Origin: Nitrospinota bacterium
Lineage (GTDB): Bacteria; Nitrospinota; Nitrospinia; Nitrospinales; JACRGP01
Assembly: GCA_016207065.1 (NCBI GenBank)
Contig: JACQQK010000149.1
Span: 1-63,114, forward strand
DNA length: 63,114 nucleotides
Direction: 5' to 3'
Part shown: piece by piece, positions 51,805 through 61,203 of the stretch
Layout: each line of letters starts with the position of its first letter
Position numbering within the stretch: position 1 is the stretch's first letter
Notes under the pieces: model-generated
The model's input: the letters and a program-made list of their open reading frames with translations, nothing else
Told to the model about the DNA's origin: nothing
Database searches by the model: none
Made by a program: the position numbers and the translations under genes

Positions 51805-52779
51805 TCAAGCATACAACCGGACGACCTGTTCGGCGTAGCCGTTGTAGGACCGGGTCGGGCGCATTTCCTCCTGGCCGAGCGGCCTCTCGAATCTCTGGTC
51901 CCACCGGGCGTAAGGGACATTGGGGTCCACATTCGCCGGGAAATCGTATTCCAGCGGGGAAACGCTCTGCCAGAACGTATCCGGCGGTTCGCGGGTGAAC
52001 TCGATGGCCGCGATGGACTTCAGGCTCTTGAAGCCATACTTCCACGGGACCGCCAAGCGGATGGGGGCTCCGTTCTGCGGGGTCAGGGGGTGGCCGTACA
52101 TGCCGGTGGCCATGAAGGCGAGTTCGTGCATGGCCTCTTCCATGCTCAACCCCTCGGTATAAGGCCAGGGTTCCCAGAACCGTTCCTTTTGGCCGGGGGC
52201 GAGGTTGGGATCGAGGAACGTGGCGAATTTGACGTATCGCGCGGAGGACAGGGGCTCCAGAATGCGGACCAACTCTTTCAACGGAAACCCGGTCCACGGT
52301 ATGACGGCCGACCAGGTCTCGACGCAACGCAAACGGTAAATCCGGTCTTCGAGGGGCATCTTCCGCAACAAGTCTCCGACGTCCAACGTCCGCGGTTTTT
52401 GCGTCAGCCCGGAAACCTTGACGGTCCACCCATCCACGCGCAGACCTTTGGCGAGACGCCATATTTCGGCTTTATCGTCCCCGAACTCATAGAAATTGTT
52501 GTAACGCGTAATCAACCGGTCGGGGGTCACGGCCTCGCCGGAAGGCGGAAGTAGCTTGGCGGAGCCGCGCTTCTTTTTTGCCGGGGTTTTGGCCCCGCGC
52601 GGGGTTTCCGCCCAGGTTCGCGGCAGACCGAACATCCCGGAAGCCAAACACAGCCCCGCGACGGTCATTCCCGTCTCGCCCAGTTTCCGAAGAAACTTCC
52701 GCCGGTTCAGGTAAACCTCTTCCGGAACGACTTCGCTCTCGCGAATGTCCCAAGACCGAGGAATCTTTATACCGAACAT
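51805..52779 (-). CDS. msrP: Molybdopterin-dependent periplasmic oxidoreductase, MsrP/YedY-like (protein-methionine-sulfoxide reductase catalytic subunit)
   Basis: Tat motif NRRKFLRKLG, ITRYNNFYEFG, Mo-ligand Cys block RLRCVETWSAVIPWTGFPL, GAPIRLAVPWKYGFKSLKSI. I preferred ATG 52779 over TTG 52797. Confidence 0.85.
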   Translation of the reverse strand: MFGIKIPRSWDIRESEVVPEEVYLNRRKFLRKLGETGMTVAGLCLASGMFGLPRTWAETPRGAKTPAKKKRGSAKLLPPSGEAVTPDRLITRYNNFYEFGDDKAEIWRLAKGLRVDGWTVKVSGLTQKPRTLDVGDLLRKMPLEDRIYRLRCVETWSAVIPWTGFPLKELVRILEPLSSARYVKFATFLDPNLAPGQKERFWEPWPYTEGLSMEEAMHELAFMATGMYGHPLTPQNGAPIRLAVPWKYGFKSLKSIAAIEFTREPPDTFWQSVSPLEYDFPANVDPNVPYARWDQRFERPLGQEEMRPTRSYNGYAEQVVRLYA

Positions 52780-52819
52780 CGGTCCGTCCCTTTCCAAGCA
52801 AAGGGCGTCCGTACCCGCC

Positions 52820-53563
52820 CTACTTACCCGCTCTCTCTTTCGCGGAGACCGCGCAACGGAAACCCAGGGAGTTCAACCGCGCCGCGGGATCCAGATGGAA
52901 GCGCATACCCGCGTTAATATAGTATTCCGCATTATACCAGCTCCCGCCGCGCAGGACCCTTTCGCTTCCGGACGCCGGTCCCAAGGGATTCACGGACGGG
53001 CCCTTGGGATAAGGAGCGAACCAATCGCCGACCCATTCCCAGACGTTGCCGCTCATATTATAAATCCCGAAACCGTTGGGCTCATGTGCGTTCACGGGGA
53101 CGGCTCCCGCCGCGAACGGTTCTCCAAAACGGGCTTTCGTCTTGTCCGGTTGACGGCCAAAAGAGTAGTCGTTGCCTTCGGGTCCGCGGGCGGCCCTTTC
53201 CCATTCCGCCTCGGTGGGCAGGCGCGCGCCCCGGCTTTTGCAGTAGGCGTCCGCCTCCATCCAGTTCACCAGGGTCACGGGACACTCGTCGCAGGCCGAC
53301 CGGTCGCTACGCGCGCGCGAGGGTTGAAAAGCCTCGTATTCCCTAGCGCTCGTTTCGTAACGGTCGATATAGTAAGCGTCCAGGCGGACTTTGCGGACGG
53401 GCAATTCGGCCTGGGTCCCTTGCCTTGCGCCCATGAGAAATTCTCCCGCGGGCACCAGGGCCATAGGGTCCTTGTTCAACCCAGCCGCGTCTCCGGCCTG
53501 CGCGCCGGCGGCTGAAACGACCATCATGAGGAGCGGGAGAATGCGGAGCGTTCCGTAATCCAT
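52820..53563 (-). CDS. Secreted FGE-sulfatase (SUMF1/formylglycine-generating enzyme) family protein
   Basis: Signal peptide, then MALVPAGEFLMG, VRLDAYYIDRYETS, YCKSRGARLPTEAEWERAARG, GNVWEWVGDWF, LRGGSW and GFRC. Confidence 0.85.
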   Translation of the reverse strand: MDYGTLRILPLLMMVVSAAGAQAGDAAGLNKDPMALVPAGEFLMGARQGTQAELPVRKVRLDAYYIDRYETSAREYEAFQPSRARSDRSACDECPVTLVNWMEADAYCKSRGARLPTEAEWERAARGPEGNDYSFGRQPDKTKARFGEPFAAGAVPVNAHEPNGFGIYNMSGNVWEWVGDWFAPYPKGPSVNPLGPASGSERVLRGGSWYNAEYYINAGMRFHLDPAARLNSLGFRCAVSAKERAGK

Positions 53564-53593
53564 GCGATTGATCCATCGATTTGCATTACCGGG

Positions 53594-55159
53594 TCATTCC
53601 ACGACCAATGTCCGCCAGGACGCGACCGACTTGTCGGCGTTCTTGTTCTTGCCGGAGCCGTCCCAGACGGCAAAAGCCAAAAGGAACCGGTTGTCCGCCT
53701 TAAAATCGACATCGCTTTGCCATCCGGTTTTCAGATCGCGGAGGAAAACCGCCGTCCAGCGTCCGTTTTCCCATTTACCCTGGCCGCGGACATTCTGGTT
53801 TTCCAGGGACTGAAAGGACAGGGTCCCGAACCCGCTGGAGTTGAGCTCCTCGACCGGCGACTCGCTGAACGGGTTCAGGCGAGGACTGGCGGGACTCTCC
53901 TCGGCGCTTGCCGCGCCCTCGCGGGGGCCGGCGATTTCCTGCCCCGCGTCGGCCTTCCAGTGCCAGATGTTGACGGGCTTGCCGCGCTCCCCCATCCCGA
54001 AAAAGGGCGCGTCGAAAGCGTTCCCCCGTTCCAGGGCAAACTGGATGGCCGCGGAGTCCAGAAAACCGCTCGTTCCGTATTTAGCCCTATCGGGCGATGG
54101 GTCCTCCCATTGCAGGCGGAACGCGATTCGATTCTCGTCATGGACCGATTGGACCGTCAGGGCCGCGGGAGCGCCGCGGTTCCCGGCCCGGAGGGGAGAC
54201 AACGGTATGTTGGCGGAGGGGATTTTGTCCCAGACGGGGTTGTCCGGACGCTCGTCAAAAAGCTCCCTGGTCCGATAAGAGGTCAACGGCGCGGCGGAAT
54301 CGGATGGGGACTCCTCGCCCTGGAAACGCGATTGCAGATAATGCGCCAGCCGCCACCGCTCCGCGTCACTCAGATAATCGTAAGCGCTCATGGAGGAGCC
54401 GTCGATCCCCGCGGCCAGGGTCTGGTAAATCTCGTCGCCGGCGGAACCTCCCTTGTAGAGGGCGGGCCGGCGGATATCGTAAACGTATGCCGTCTGCCCC
54501 CAACTGTCCTCCGATTGTCCTTCAAGGAGCCCCGTCTTTTCCCCTTCCTCGCCATGGCACTGGCTACACCGCAGTTGCCGGTACAGGCTCCTCCCCTTCT
54601 CGACCGACAAATCGTCGAACGGGGGTTCCAGGCCGATCTCGATCTTCAAGCCGGGGGTCTCCCGGCCAAACCGGCCGGAAAACGTTTTGACGTATTCGAC
54701 GACGGAGCGGACCTGCTCGCCGGACAACGCCTGTCCCCAGGCGGGCATGGGCGAGCCGGGAACGCCGCGCTTGACGGTCCGGGCGATGTCCTCCTCCGTC
54801 GGCAGGGCGCCGGGCTGGGTGGAATGGAATTTGAAAATACCGAGGCCCAGGTCCCGCGGCCGGGGATACAGATAACGGGACGCCGGGCCGTCGCCCTTTC
54901 CCCCCGGACCATGACAATGGACGCAAAAACGCTGAAAAAGCGCCTTCCCCTCGTCAAGGACTTTTTGCCGTTCCCGCGCGCTCGACGCCCGTTGCTCCTC
55001 CGGCTGGGCGGCGTCGATCATTTTTTCGATCTTGCGGGACTCGGCGGCGGAGCCGGCGCGGACCCAGACGGAGGACGCGCAGAAAACCGCCAAAACCCAA
55101 AACGGCGCCGGGCCAAAAAAACGGCGTCCCGGCGACCGCGACCGCTTTTTTTCAACCAT
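53594..55159 (-). CDS. Periplasmic dihaem cytochrome c fused to an EB_dh/DOMON-type haem-b domain (ethylbenzene-dehydrogenase gamma / NxrC-like)
   Basis: Two CxxCH motifs (CVHCHG, CSQCHG). The C-terminal part reads LTVQSVHDENRIAFRLQWEDPSPD..DSAAIQFA..GKPVNIWHWKA..GKWENGRWTAVFLRDL..LAFAVWDGS..K. I preferred ATG 55159 over TTG 55177. Confidence 0.78.
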   Translation of the reverse strand: MVEKKRSRSPGRRFFGPAPFWVLAVFCASSVWVRAGSAAESRKIEKMIDAAQPEEQRASSARERQKVLDEGKALFQRFCVHCHGPGGKGDGPASRYLYPRPRDLGLGIFKFHSTQPGALPTEEDIARTVKRGVPGSPMPAWGQALSGEQVRSVVEYVKTFSGRFGRETPGLKIEIGLEPPFDDLSVEKGRSLYRQLRCSQCHGEEGEKTGLLEGQSEDSWGQTAYVYDIRRPALYKGGSAGDEIYQTLAAGIDGSSMSAYDYLSDAERWRLAHYLQSRFQGEESPSDSAAPLTSYRTRELFDERPDNPVWDKIPSANIPLSPLRAGNRGAPAALTVQSVHDENRIAFRLQWEDPSPDRAKYGTSGFLDSAAIQFALERGNAFDAPFFGMGERGKPVNIWHWKADAGQEIAGPREGAASAEESPASPRLNPFSESPVEELNSSGFGTLSFQSLENQNVRGQGKWENGRWTAVFLRDLKTGWQSDVDFKADNRFLLAFAVWDGSGKNKNADKSVASWRTLVVE

Positions 55160-55335
55160 CGGGAGACCCCTTTTCAAACTCGAGTCCGGGAAGACGCAAA
55201 CGCTTTCCCGGCGCTCTTATTTTGTAACATAACCGCGGGTCGTGGAGAAAAATTTTGCATGGGCGGGTTTCCGTTCCGGCGTTTTTGCGTCCATGTTATT
55301 CTAAACGGGTCGAACTTGCGCGAGGAGAAATCGTC

Positions 55336-56469
55336 ATGACCATCGCCGGACGCGCCACGCCGGAGGGGACGGAACGCTACAAAAAAAGAATGGCGGGGAC
55401 CTGCTCCGAGGGGCGCTTCCGGCAAGCGGAGGGGCTCTACTGGTCTTCCGTGGGCATGGGGACTTACCTGGGGGCCGCGGACGCCGCCACGGACGAGATG
55501 GTAACGGAAGCGGCCGTCAACTCCGTATGCGGGGGAATAAACGTCCTCGACACGGCCGTCAACTACCGGCGTCAACGCGCGGAGCGGAGCGTCGGCGAGG
55601 CCCTGCGCCGGCTTCTGGACAGCGGCAAGGCGGAACGCGCCGAAATCGTCCTGTGCACCAAGGGCGGGTTCCTGCCCCATCCGGACGGACCCCGCTGGTT
55701 CCAGCGCGAATACGTCGATAGCGGAAAAGGCGGCGCGACCCTGGACGACCTGGCCGACGACTGTCATTGCATGCATCCCGACTACCTGGCGGACCAATTG
55801 GACCGGAGCCGCGCCAACCTCGGGGTGGAAACCATCGACCTGTATTACGTCCATAACCCCGAAACGCAATTGGAGGCCGTCGGCCCGGACGTGTTTTACG
55901 CGCGGCTGGAGGCGGCCTTCGGGGCGCTGGAACGGGCGGCGGACGACGGGAAAATCCAATATTACGGGATGGCGACGTGGAGCGCGTTCCGCGTCGCCCC
56001 CGGGAGCGCCAGGAGCGTCTCGCTGGAACGGGCGCGAATAGCGGCGCAAGGCGCGGCGGCGGACGGCAAAGGCGCCCTGTCGCGACGGCGAGACCGGTTC
56101 CGTTTCATCCAGCTTCCCTTCAACCTGAACATGCCCGAAGCGATGACCTCGCTCACGCAGAGCGCCGGAGGGACCTTGAAGGCCGCCATCCCCGCCGCCG
56201 GGGAACTGGGACTTCACCCGGTGTTGAGCGCATCGTTCGCCCAAGGCCGAATCGGGGGACTGGACGCCGGCCTGGCGAAACTGTTGGGAGCCGGTCTCAA
56301 GAGCGACGCCCAACGCGCCCTGCAATTCGCGCGCGGCGCGCCGGGAGCGCTCGTTGCATTGATCGGGATGAAGGACCCGGGCCATGTGGAGGAAAATCTG
56401 GCCTTGTGCCAGACGCCCATCCTGGACCGCCAGGTTTACGGGGAAATCCTGCGCAGGCTTGAGGGGTAA
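55336..56469 (+). CDS. Aldo/keto reductase family oxidoreductase
   Basis: GAGGAG RBS before ATG 55336. Motifs GMGTY.G, LDTAVNYR...ER.VGEAL, TKGG, IDLYYVHNP and YYG. Confidence 0.85.
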   Translation: MTIAGRATPEGTERYKKRMAGTCSEGRFRQAEGLYWSSVGMGTYLGAADAATDEMVTEAAVNSVCGGINVLDTAVNYRRQRAERSVGEALRRLLDSGKAERAEIVLCTKGGFLPHPDGPRWFQREYVDSGKGGATLDDLADDCHCMHPDYLADQLDRSRANLGVETIDLYYVHNPETQLEAVGPDVFYARLEAAFGALERAADDGKIQYYGMATWSAFRVAPGSARSVSLERARIAAQGAAADGKGALSRRRDRFRFIQLPFNLNMPEAMTSLTQSAGGTLKAAIPAAGELGLHPVLSASFAQGRIGGLDAGLAKLLGAGLKSDAQRALQFARGAPGALVALIGMKDPGHVEENLALCQTPILDRQVYGEILRRLEG

Positions 56470-56508
56470 CTTTTTGTCCGGCGCAGGCGGAGCGGAATCG
56501 CCCGGACG

Positions 56509-56548
56509 AAAAAAAAGGGCCGCTTCCCCCGGCAGGGGAAAGCGGCCC
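56509..56548 (-). terminator. Rho-independent terminator (minus strand) downstream of the small secreted peptide gene
   Basis: On the minus strand, gggccgctttcccc-tgcc-ggggaagcggccc is followed by T8 (A8 at 56509-56516 on the plus strand). Confidence 0.6.
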
Positions 56549-56604
56549 ACAAGGGAAGACCGGGGTGAAAAACGACCCGGCAAAACCAAAACCCGACCGG
56601 CTAC

Positions 56605-56754
56605 TTAATTGTGGGGAGCAGGAGCGGGCTCGGCGGGAGCAGGTTCAGTGGGCGCCGCGGGTTGTTCCGGGCTGGCGGGGTCGGAAGCGAATACGGGATG
56701 AGCCAAGGCGGCGACAAACAAGAATGCAATGAAGGAAGCCATTATTTTTTTCAT
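56605..56754 (-). CDS. Small secreted Pro/Ala-rich peptide (49 aa)
   Basis: AAGGAG lies about 10 nt upstream of ATG 56754. The signal peptide MKKIMASFIAFLFVAALAHPVFA is followed by SDPASPEQPAAPTEPAPAEPAPAPHN, and a terminator lies downstream. Confidence 0.5.
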   Translation of the reverse strand: MKKIMASFIAFLFVAALAHPVFASDPASPEQPAAPTEPAPAEPAPAPHN

Positions 56755-57450
56755 AATCAAAATTACTCCTTGATAGGTCAAGCGTATTGTTTTTAATGTA
56801 AATCCATTCACAATAAAAAAAACGACCGACAGAGTAATTTTACCGTCGCATCCTACGGCAATTTATCCCGCCCGTTGGAGGACAGCGAGTCCACCCCTCC
56901 TCCTTTTCCACAAAGGTTGATCTGGAAACAAAAATTCGTTCCGGATTTTCCCAAGCGTTGGCTGGCGGGGGAGATGGATATATCCTTTTCCCCGCATGGC
57001 GTCGCATACGCCAGAGAAAAACGCGACGATCATATCTTGGAGATCATTAAAAACGAATTAACGGAAAATTAATAATTTTTAATCTTCCTTCCGCTTGCAT
57101 GTTACGATTTAATCTGTTATGATTTAAAAATCACCGGCGTCAGGAGGTTCATAACCCACGTTATGCGGTTGAAGCCGGTTCCGCTCCAGATGTCCTCGTT
57201 CAACGAGGCTCCCGGATTTCCACGAGCGTTGTAAATATTTCGCCATCCACTAGTCCCTCCCTTAGTTTGGCTTTCCATTAAAAGACGCATTTTTGCCGTC
57301 CGTTCAAGAGCTGTCCGGCTCTGAAAAGCCGTCGTCCGGACTCCATGCTCCAAACGAACAAGATTGTTTTTGCCTGGAATCCCAGGCCGATGTCCCCGCG
57401 GCTAAAACATCGGGGACAAGTTTTATAACATTTCATTAAAGGAATACATT

Positions 57451-58833
57451 TTGACTCATTCATCCACCGCTCACGCTCACGCCCCCGCCCTCGACCGCGT
57501 TCCAGAGGGATTCGAAACCCTGGGCCTCATCGAACCTCTTTGCCGCGCGGTACGCGACGAGAATTACGTCGTCCCCACGCCGATCCAATTGCAGGCCATC
57601 CCGCATCTGTTGCAGGGCCGCGATCTCATCGGTTGCGCCCAGACGGGGACGGGAAAAACGGGAGCGTTTGCCCTGCCCATATTGCAGAGGCTGGCGCAAG
57701 AACGAAAAACGCCCGGCCCCAAAGGCGCAAGCGCCTTGATCCTGACCCCCACGCGCGAACTGGCCATGCAGATCAGCGACAGCTTCCGCGTTTATGGCCG
57801 CCATGTGAAACTCAGCCATGCCGTCGTTTTCGGGGGGGTCGGTTACCCTCAGCAGATCCGGACGTTATCGCGCGGCGTGGATATCCTCGTGGCGACCCCG
57901 GGAAGACTGCTTGACCTCATCGAGCAAAGGCACGTACGCCTGGACAAGGTCGAGGTTTTTGTCCTGGACGAAGCGGACCGCATGCTGGACATGGGTTTCC
58001 TGCCCAGCGTCCGGAGAATCTTTTCGGCGTTGCCTTCCGGCAGACAGTCCATGCTGTTTTCGGCGACCATGCCGGAGGAGGTCGCCCATCTCGCCAAAAA
58101 CTTTCTTGTCAACCCGGCGCGGGTCTCCGTCGCTCGGCAATCCACCACGGCGGAGAACATCGAGCAGAGGGTCTTGTTCGTGGACCGGGAGAACAAAAGC
58201 GCCCTGCTCGAGTCCGTCCTGCGGGATGAAAGCGTCGAGCGGGTCATCGTGTTCACGCGCACCAAACACGGGGCCAACAAGATCGTCAAGAACCTGAGCA
58301 AGAGCCGGATCCCGGCCGAGGCCATTCACGGCAACAAATCGCAGTCGGCGCGGGTCGCGGCATTGAAGAAATTCCGCTCCGGCCAGTCGCGCATCCTGGT
58401 CGCGACCGACATCGCCTCCCGCGGGCTGGACGTCGACGGGATCACGCACGTCATCAACTACGAACTCCCCAACGAGGCCGAAAATTACGTCCACCGGATC
58501 GGGCGGACGGCCCGCGCCGGGGCTTCCGGCGTGGCGATCTCTTTTTGCGACGCGGAAGAACGCGCGTATCTGCGCAATATCGAGAAAACGATCGCCCGCG
58601 CCGTGACGGTGTTCGAGGACCATCCTTTCCACTCCCACGCCGTCGCCTCCCATGGCAAACGCCGCGATGCGCCGGCCCCGGGAAATGCGGGCGGGAGAAG
58701 GACCGCAAACCGGAAATCGGGCGCCCAGCCCTCCGGGAAGAGCGGCGCCTCGCGCGATCGCTGGAACCATCCGGCCGGCGAGACGCCTAAAAGCAACACG
58801 GGCTTCCGGCGTTGGTCCCGAAGACCCCGTTAA
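57451..58833 (+). CDS. rhlE: DEAD-box ATP-dependent RNA helicase (RhlE-like) with a basic C-terminal tail
   Basis: Q-motif [25 protein letters not shown] and [10 protein letters not shown]. The TTG start is preceded by AAGGA. Confidence 0.9.
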   Translation: MTHSSTAHAHAPALDRVPEGFETLGLIEPLCRAVRDENYVVPTPIQLQAIPHLLQGRDLIGCAQTGTGKTGAFALPILQRLAQERKTPGPKGASALILTPTRELAMQISDSFRVYGRHVKLSHAVVFGGVGYPQQIRTLSRGVDILVATPGRLLDLIEQRHVRLDKVEVFVLDEADRMLDMGFLPSVRRIFSALPSGRQSMLFSATMPEEVAHLAKNFLVNPARVSVARQSTTAENIEQRVLFVDRENKSALLESVLRDESVERVIVFTRTKHGANKIVKNLSKSRIPAEAIHGNKSQSARVAALKKFRSGQSRILVATDIASRGLDVDGITHVINYELPNEAENYVHRIGRTARAGASGVAISFCDAEERAYLRNIEKTIARAVTVFEDHPFHSHAVASHGKRRDAPAPGNAGGRRTANRKSGAQPSGKSGASRDRWNHPAGETPKSNTGFRRWSRRPR

Positions 58834-58846
58834 GCGATAACAAAAC

Positions 58847-58899
58847 GAGATCCTTCGCTGACGCCCGGAATGGACGGCGGAGCGAAGGGTCTCTTTTTT
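58847..58899 (+). terminator. Rho-independent, probably bidirectional, terminator between the helicase and the convergent gene
   Basis: A 13-bp stem gagatccttcgct / agcgaagggtctc (one G-U pair) followed by T6 (58894-58899), with an A4 run on the other side. Confidence 0.75.
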
Positions 58900-58950
58900 A
58901 TTGCGCGGGAAACGGTATGGAGAAGAGGGGAGTTTGCCGTTCCAAAAGGA

Positions 58951-59613
58951 TCAGGAGGACAACTGCTTGATGAGTTTTTCCCAATCGGTTTCCTCGATTT
59001 CCTTTTGGGTGATGGGCCCGAATTTTTTGAACCTGGACATGTCGTCCTCGGGCAAGATGAAGTCGTCGTCGTAGGCGGGTTCCTCCTCGCCTTCGTGGTC
59101 GAGGGAGGCGAGTTCTCCCATCGATTCCGGAGGATCGTCCTTCCGGCTTTTCTGGATGAGCTTTTCCTGCGCCTGGCGCAAAACCTCGAACGCCTGGTTG
59201 AAATTCTGCGTGATGGTTTGCCCCATGACTTCTATGCCCCGGTTGACCGATTTCAGGTATTCCCGGTATAGATCGTAGTGGATAAACCGGTAGTGGCTGG
59301 TTTGATTGGCGCGGATGTAGTCCTCGGAAGCCAGTTGATACCGGCCTTCCTGGATGTAAATCCTTCCCCTGTAAACGCGGGCGAGGAAGTGGCCTGGGCT
59401 CAGACTCAATACCATGTTCAAGTTGAGCAGGGCGCCCGGCATGTTGTTATTTTGAATATTGACGAGGACCTGGTGGAAATGCTTCCTGACCTCGGGATTC
59501 AGATTCTCACGGACCCTGAAAACCGGCTCCAGAAACGGGAACACGAACTCCCCCACCTTGAATTGGGCCAGATTGATCCACTGACTGATTTTCTTTAAAC
59601 TCACGTCCACCAT
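58951..59613 (-). CDS. Hypothetical protein with a TPR-like unit and an acidic C-terminus
   Basis: The only coherent frame across this span. It has a TPR-like stretch ALLNLNMVLSLSPGHFLARVYRGRIYIQEGRYQLASEDYIRA and an acidic tail. Confidence 0.6.
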   Translation of the reverse strand: MVDVSLKKISQWINLAQFKVGEFVFPFLEPVFRVRENLNPEVRKHFHQVLVNIQNNNMPGALLNLNMVLSLSPGHFLARVYRGRIYIQEGRYQLASEDYIRANQTSHYRFIHYDLYREYLKSVNRGIEVMGQTITQNFNQAFEVLRQAQEKLIQKSRKDDPPESMGELASLDHEGEEEPAYDDDFILPEDDMSRFKKFGPITQKEIEETDWEKLIKQLSS

Positions 59614-59902
59614 GGGGAGTATCCGGAAATTCCAAACAAACGATCACCCTCGCAGACTTTCTCATGTGGTTCAAATTCTATCCGAAATAGGGCAACCCGT
59701 CAAATGTTATCAAAATTTTTTCATCCACCCAAGTCCGCTTCTTTTATTCCTCCCGCCCCGCGAAAAAAGTTATCGCCGACACCGTTTTTCACCTTCCGCC
59801 GTTTTCAATCCCATTAAATTTCCGCCGTTTCCCAGAAACCCAGAAACTCCGTAATCGCTTATTTTTCTTGACTTTAATTGATTCTAGCGCTATTTTTTAA
59901 GT

Positions 59903-61012
59903 ATGCAATGTCCTAATTGTGGGATTATCAGCTTCAAGCTGGCCAGGAAATGTCCCAGTTGCGATACCGACCTGAAAAATCTTCCCGTAGGCGCCGGGCA
60001 ACTTGCTGAGGGAGTTCCTTTTACCATCTACTCGCCGCCGGTCGCCGTATCGCCAGCTCCCGCCCTCAAGGAATTCGACTTTCAAGTCGAGGATGAAAAC
60101 CATGCTCGCCAGGAAGTGGACGCCTTTAAAGCTTACGGGACGGAGGAAGGGGGCGCGCCGGGTGTCGATTCCGGAGATTTCGAACTGGATCTTTCCGGCG
60201 CGGACAGTTTCACGGGCCGCGCTTACGCGGGGGACGAAAACCTTGTTACTTCCAAACCCCTGGAAACGGGAAATGGGAGAAAAATCGACAAAACCCCGGA
60301 CTCTCGATTCGACACGGAAAAAGGCGCCGAGGATGACGAGGAGATAGAGGTCGAGGGTTTGGGGATCGAGCCCCTCGCCCATGAAACCTTTTCCGAGTTG
60401 GAAATCGAAGAGCCTTCCGTGAGATTGGACTTGGAACCGGAAACCGGGGACGAAACCGTTTCGGCGCTGGATTTGACCGACGAGACTCCGGAGGGACCCC
60501 GTCTCGAGCTTGATGAAACTCCATCCCTGGAGACCCTACTCGAATTGAGTCCGGCGGAATCTCTGGAAGTCGGGCCCGAACCCGCATTGGGTATTGAGCC
60601 CGAGCCCGCGTTCGAACTGGAGCCGGAACCCGCGTTCGAACTGGAGCCGGAACCCGCGCTGGGCATCGAGCCGGAGCCTGCGTTCGAACTGGAACCGGAG
60701 CCCGAGCTTGAAATCGAACCCGGAATCGCTTTCGATCTTGTTGCGGACGAGGAAAAATACGGCCTGCCTGGCGAGGAACCGGCCCAGGAAATCGAGCCCG
60801 CCGCGGATTTGGGTATCGAACCGGAATTGGAACTCGGGGAACCGGAAATCGAGTTCGAACTGGAGGATTCTTCCGGGCCCTCCCATCCGAGCGGCGAAAC
60901 CGGGTCCGCGAAACCGAAGGAAATCGAACTGGAGATCGACGGGATCAAGCTGGAAATGGAAGACGACGAACCTGATGAGGGTCCGGACGCTCTCCCTAAA
61001 GAGAACAAGTAA
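59903..61012 (+). CDS. Zinc-ribbon protein with a long, highly acidic, tandem-repeat (EPEPAFEL) disordered region
   Basis: The N-terminus MQCPNCGIISFKLARKCPSCD carries CxxC..CxxC. The remaining ~340 residues are visibly dominated by Glu/Pro/Asp/Leu/Gly, with octapeptide repeats. Confidence 0.7.
   Translation: MQCPNCGIISFKLARKCPSCDTDLKNLPVGAGQLAEGVPFTIYSPPVAVSPAPALKEFDFQVEDENHARQEVDAFKAYGTEEGGAPGVDSGDFELDLSGADSFTGRAYAGDENLVTSKPLETGNGRKIDKTPDSRFDTEKGAEDDEEIEVEGLGIEPLAHETFSELEIEEPSVRLDLEPETGDETVSALDLTDETPEGPRLELDETPSLETLLELSPAESLEVGPEPALGIEPEPAFELEPEPAFELEPEPALGIEPEPAFELEPEPELEIEPGIAFDLVADEEKYGLPGEEPAQEIEPAADLGIEPELELGEPEIEFELEDSSGPSHPSGETGSAKPKEIELEIDGIKLEMEDDEPDEGPDALPKENK
60571..60738 (+). 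repeat. Seven tandem 24-nt units inside the coding sequence (octapeptide EPEPAFEL / EPEPALGI)
   Basis: Units start at 60571, 60595, 60619, 60643, 60667, 60691 and 60715. Example unit: gagccggaacccgcgttcgaactg. Confidence 0.85.
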
Positions 61013-61203
61013 CCAATACCGGCTCGCCTCAAATCAACCGTTCCAAACTCCTCGCGAAACGCGAAAAACGAAAGCCATTTTCGTCCGTTTTTTCGGCGGA
61101 CGCCCCGTAAAATCTCAACATTTTTGCGGAAAATTTCCTGTTCTTGGAATATAATTACCCTTTTCGCCTTCAGGGCATCTCCTTTGAAATAAAACCCAAC
61201 CCC

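Noticed and set aside
57117-57353. ORF 57117..57353(-) 78 aa and ORF 56875..57072(+) 65 aa (TTG start).
   Set aside because: They have no RBS and no recognisable family, and they lie in AT-rich non-coding-looking DNA. The 65-aa ORF cannot be excluded, but support is minimal.
57100-57450. Tested the idea that the non-coding stretch before the helicase is RNase P RNA, tmRNA, SRP RNA or 6S RNA, reading both strands.
   Set aside because: I could not find the universal RNase P block (GGAAAGTCCGGGC / ACAGAACCCGGCTTA-like), a tmRNA tag ORF with a tRNA-like end, or the SRP GGAA/AGCA motif. The minus-strand GGAGTCCGGAC only superficially resembles P4. It is left as an unclassified structured leader or sRNA.
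60571-60738. Regular 24-nt tandem repeats, considered as a possible CRISPR or minisatellite locus.
   Set aside because: The units are directly adjacent with no spacers, and they lie in frame within a coding sequence, encoding an octapeptide repeat. No cas genes are present. This is not a CRISPR array.
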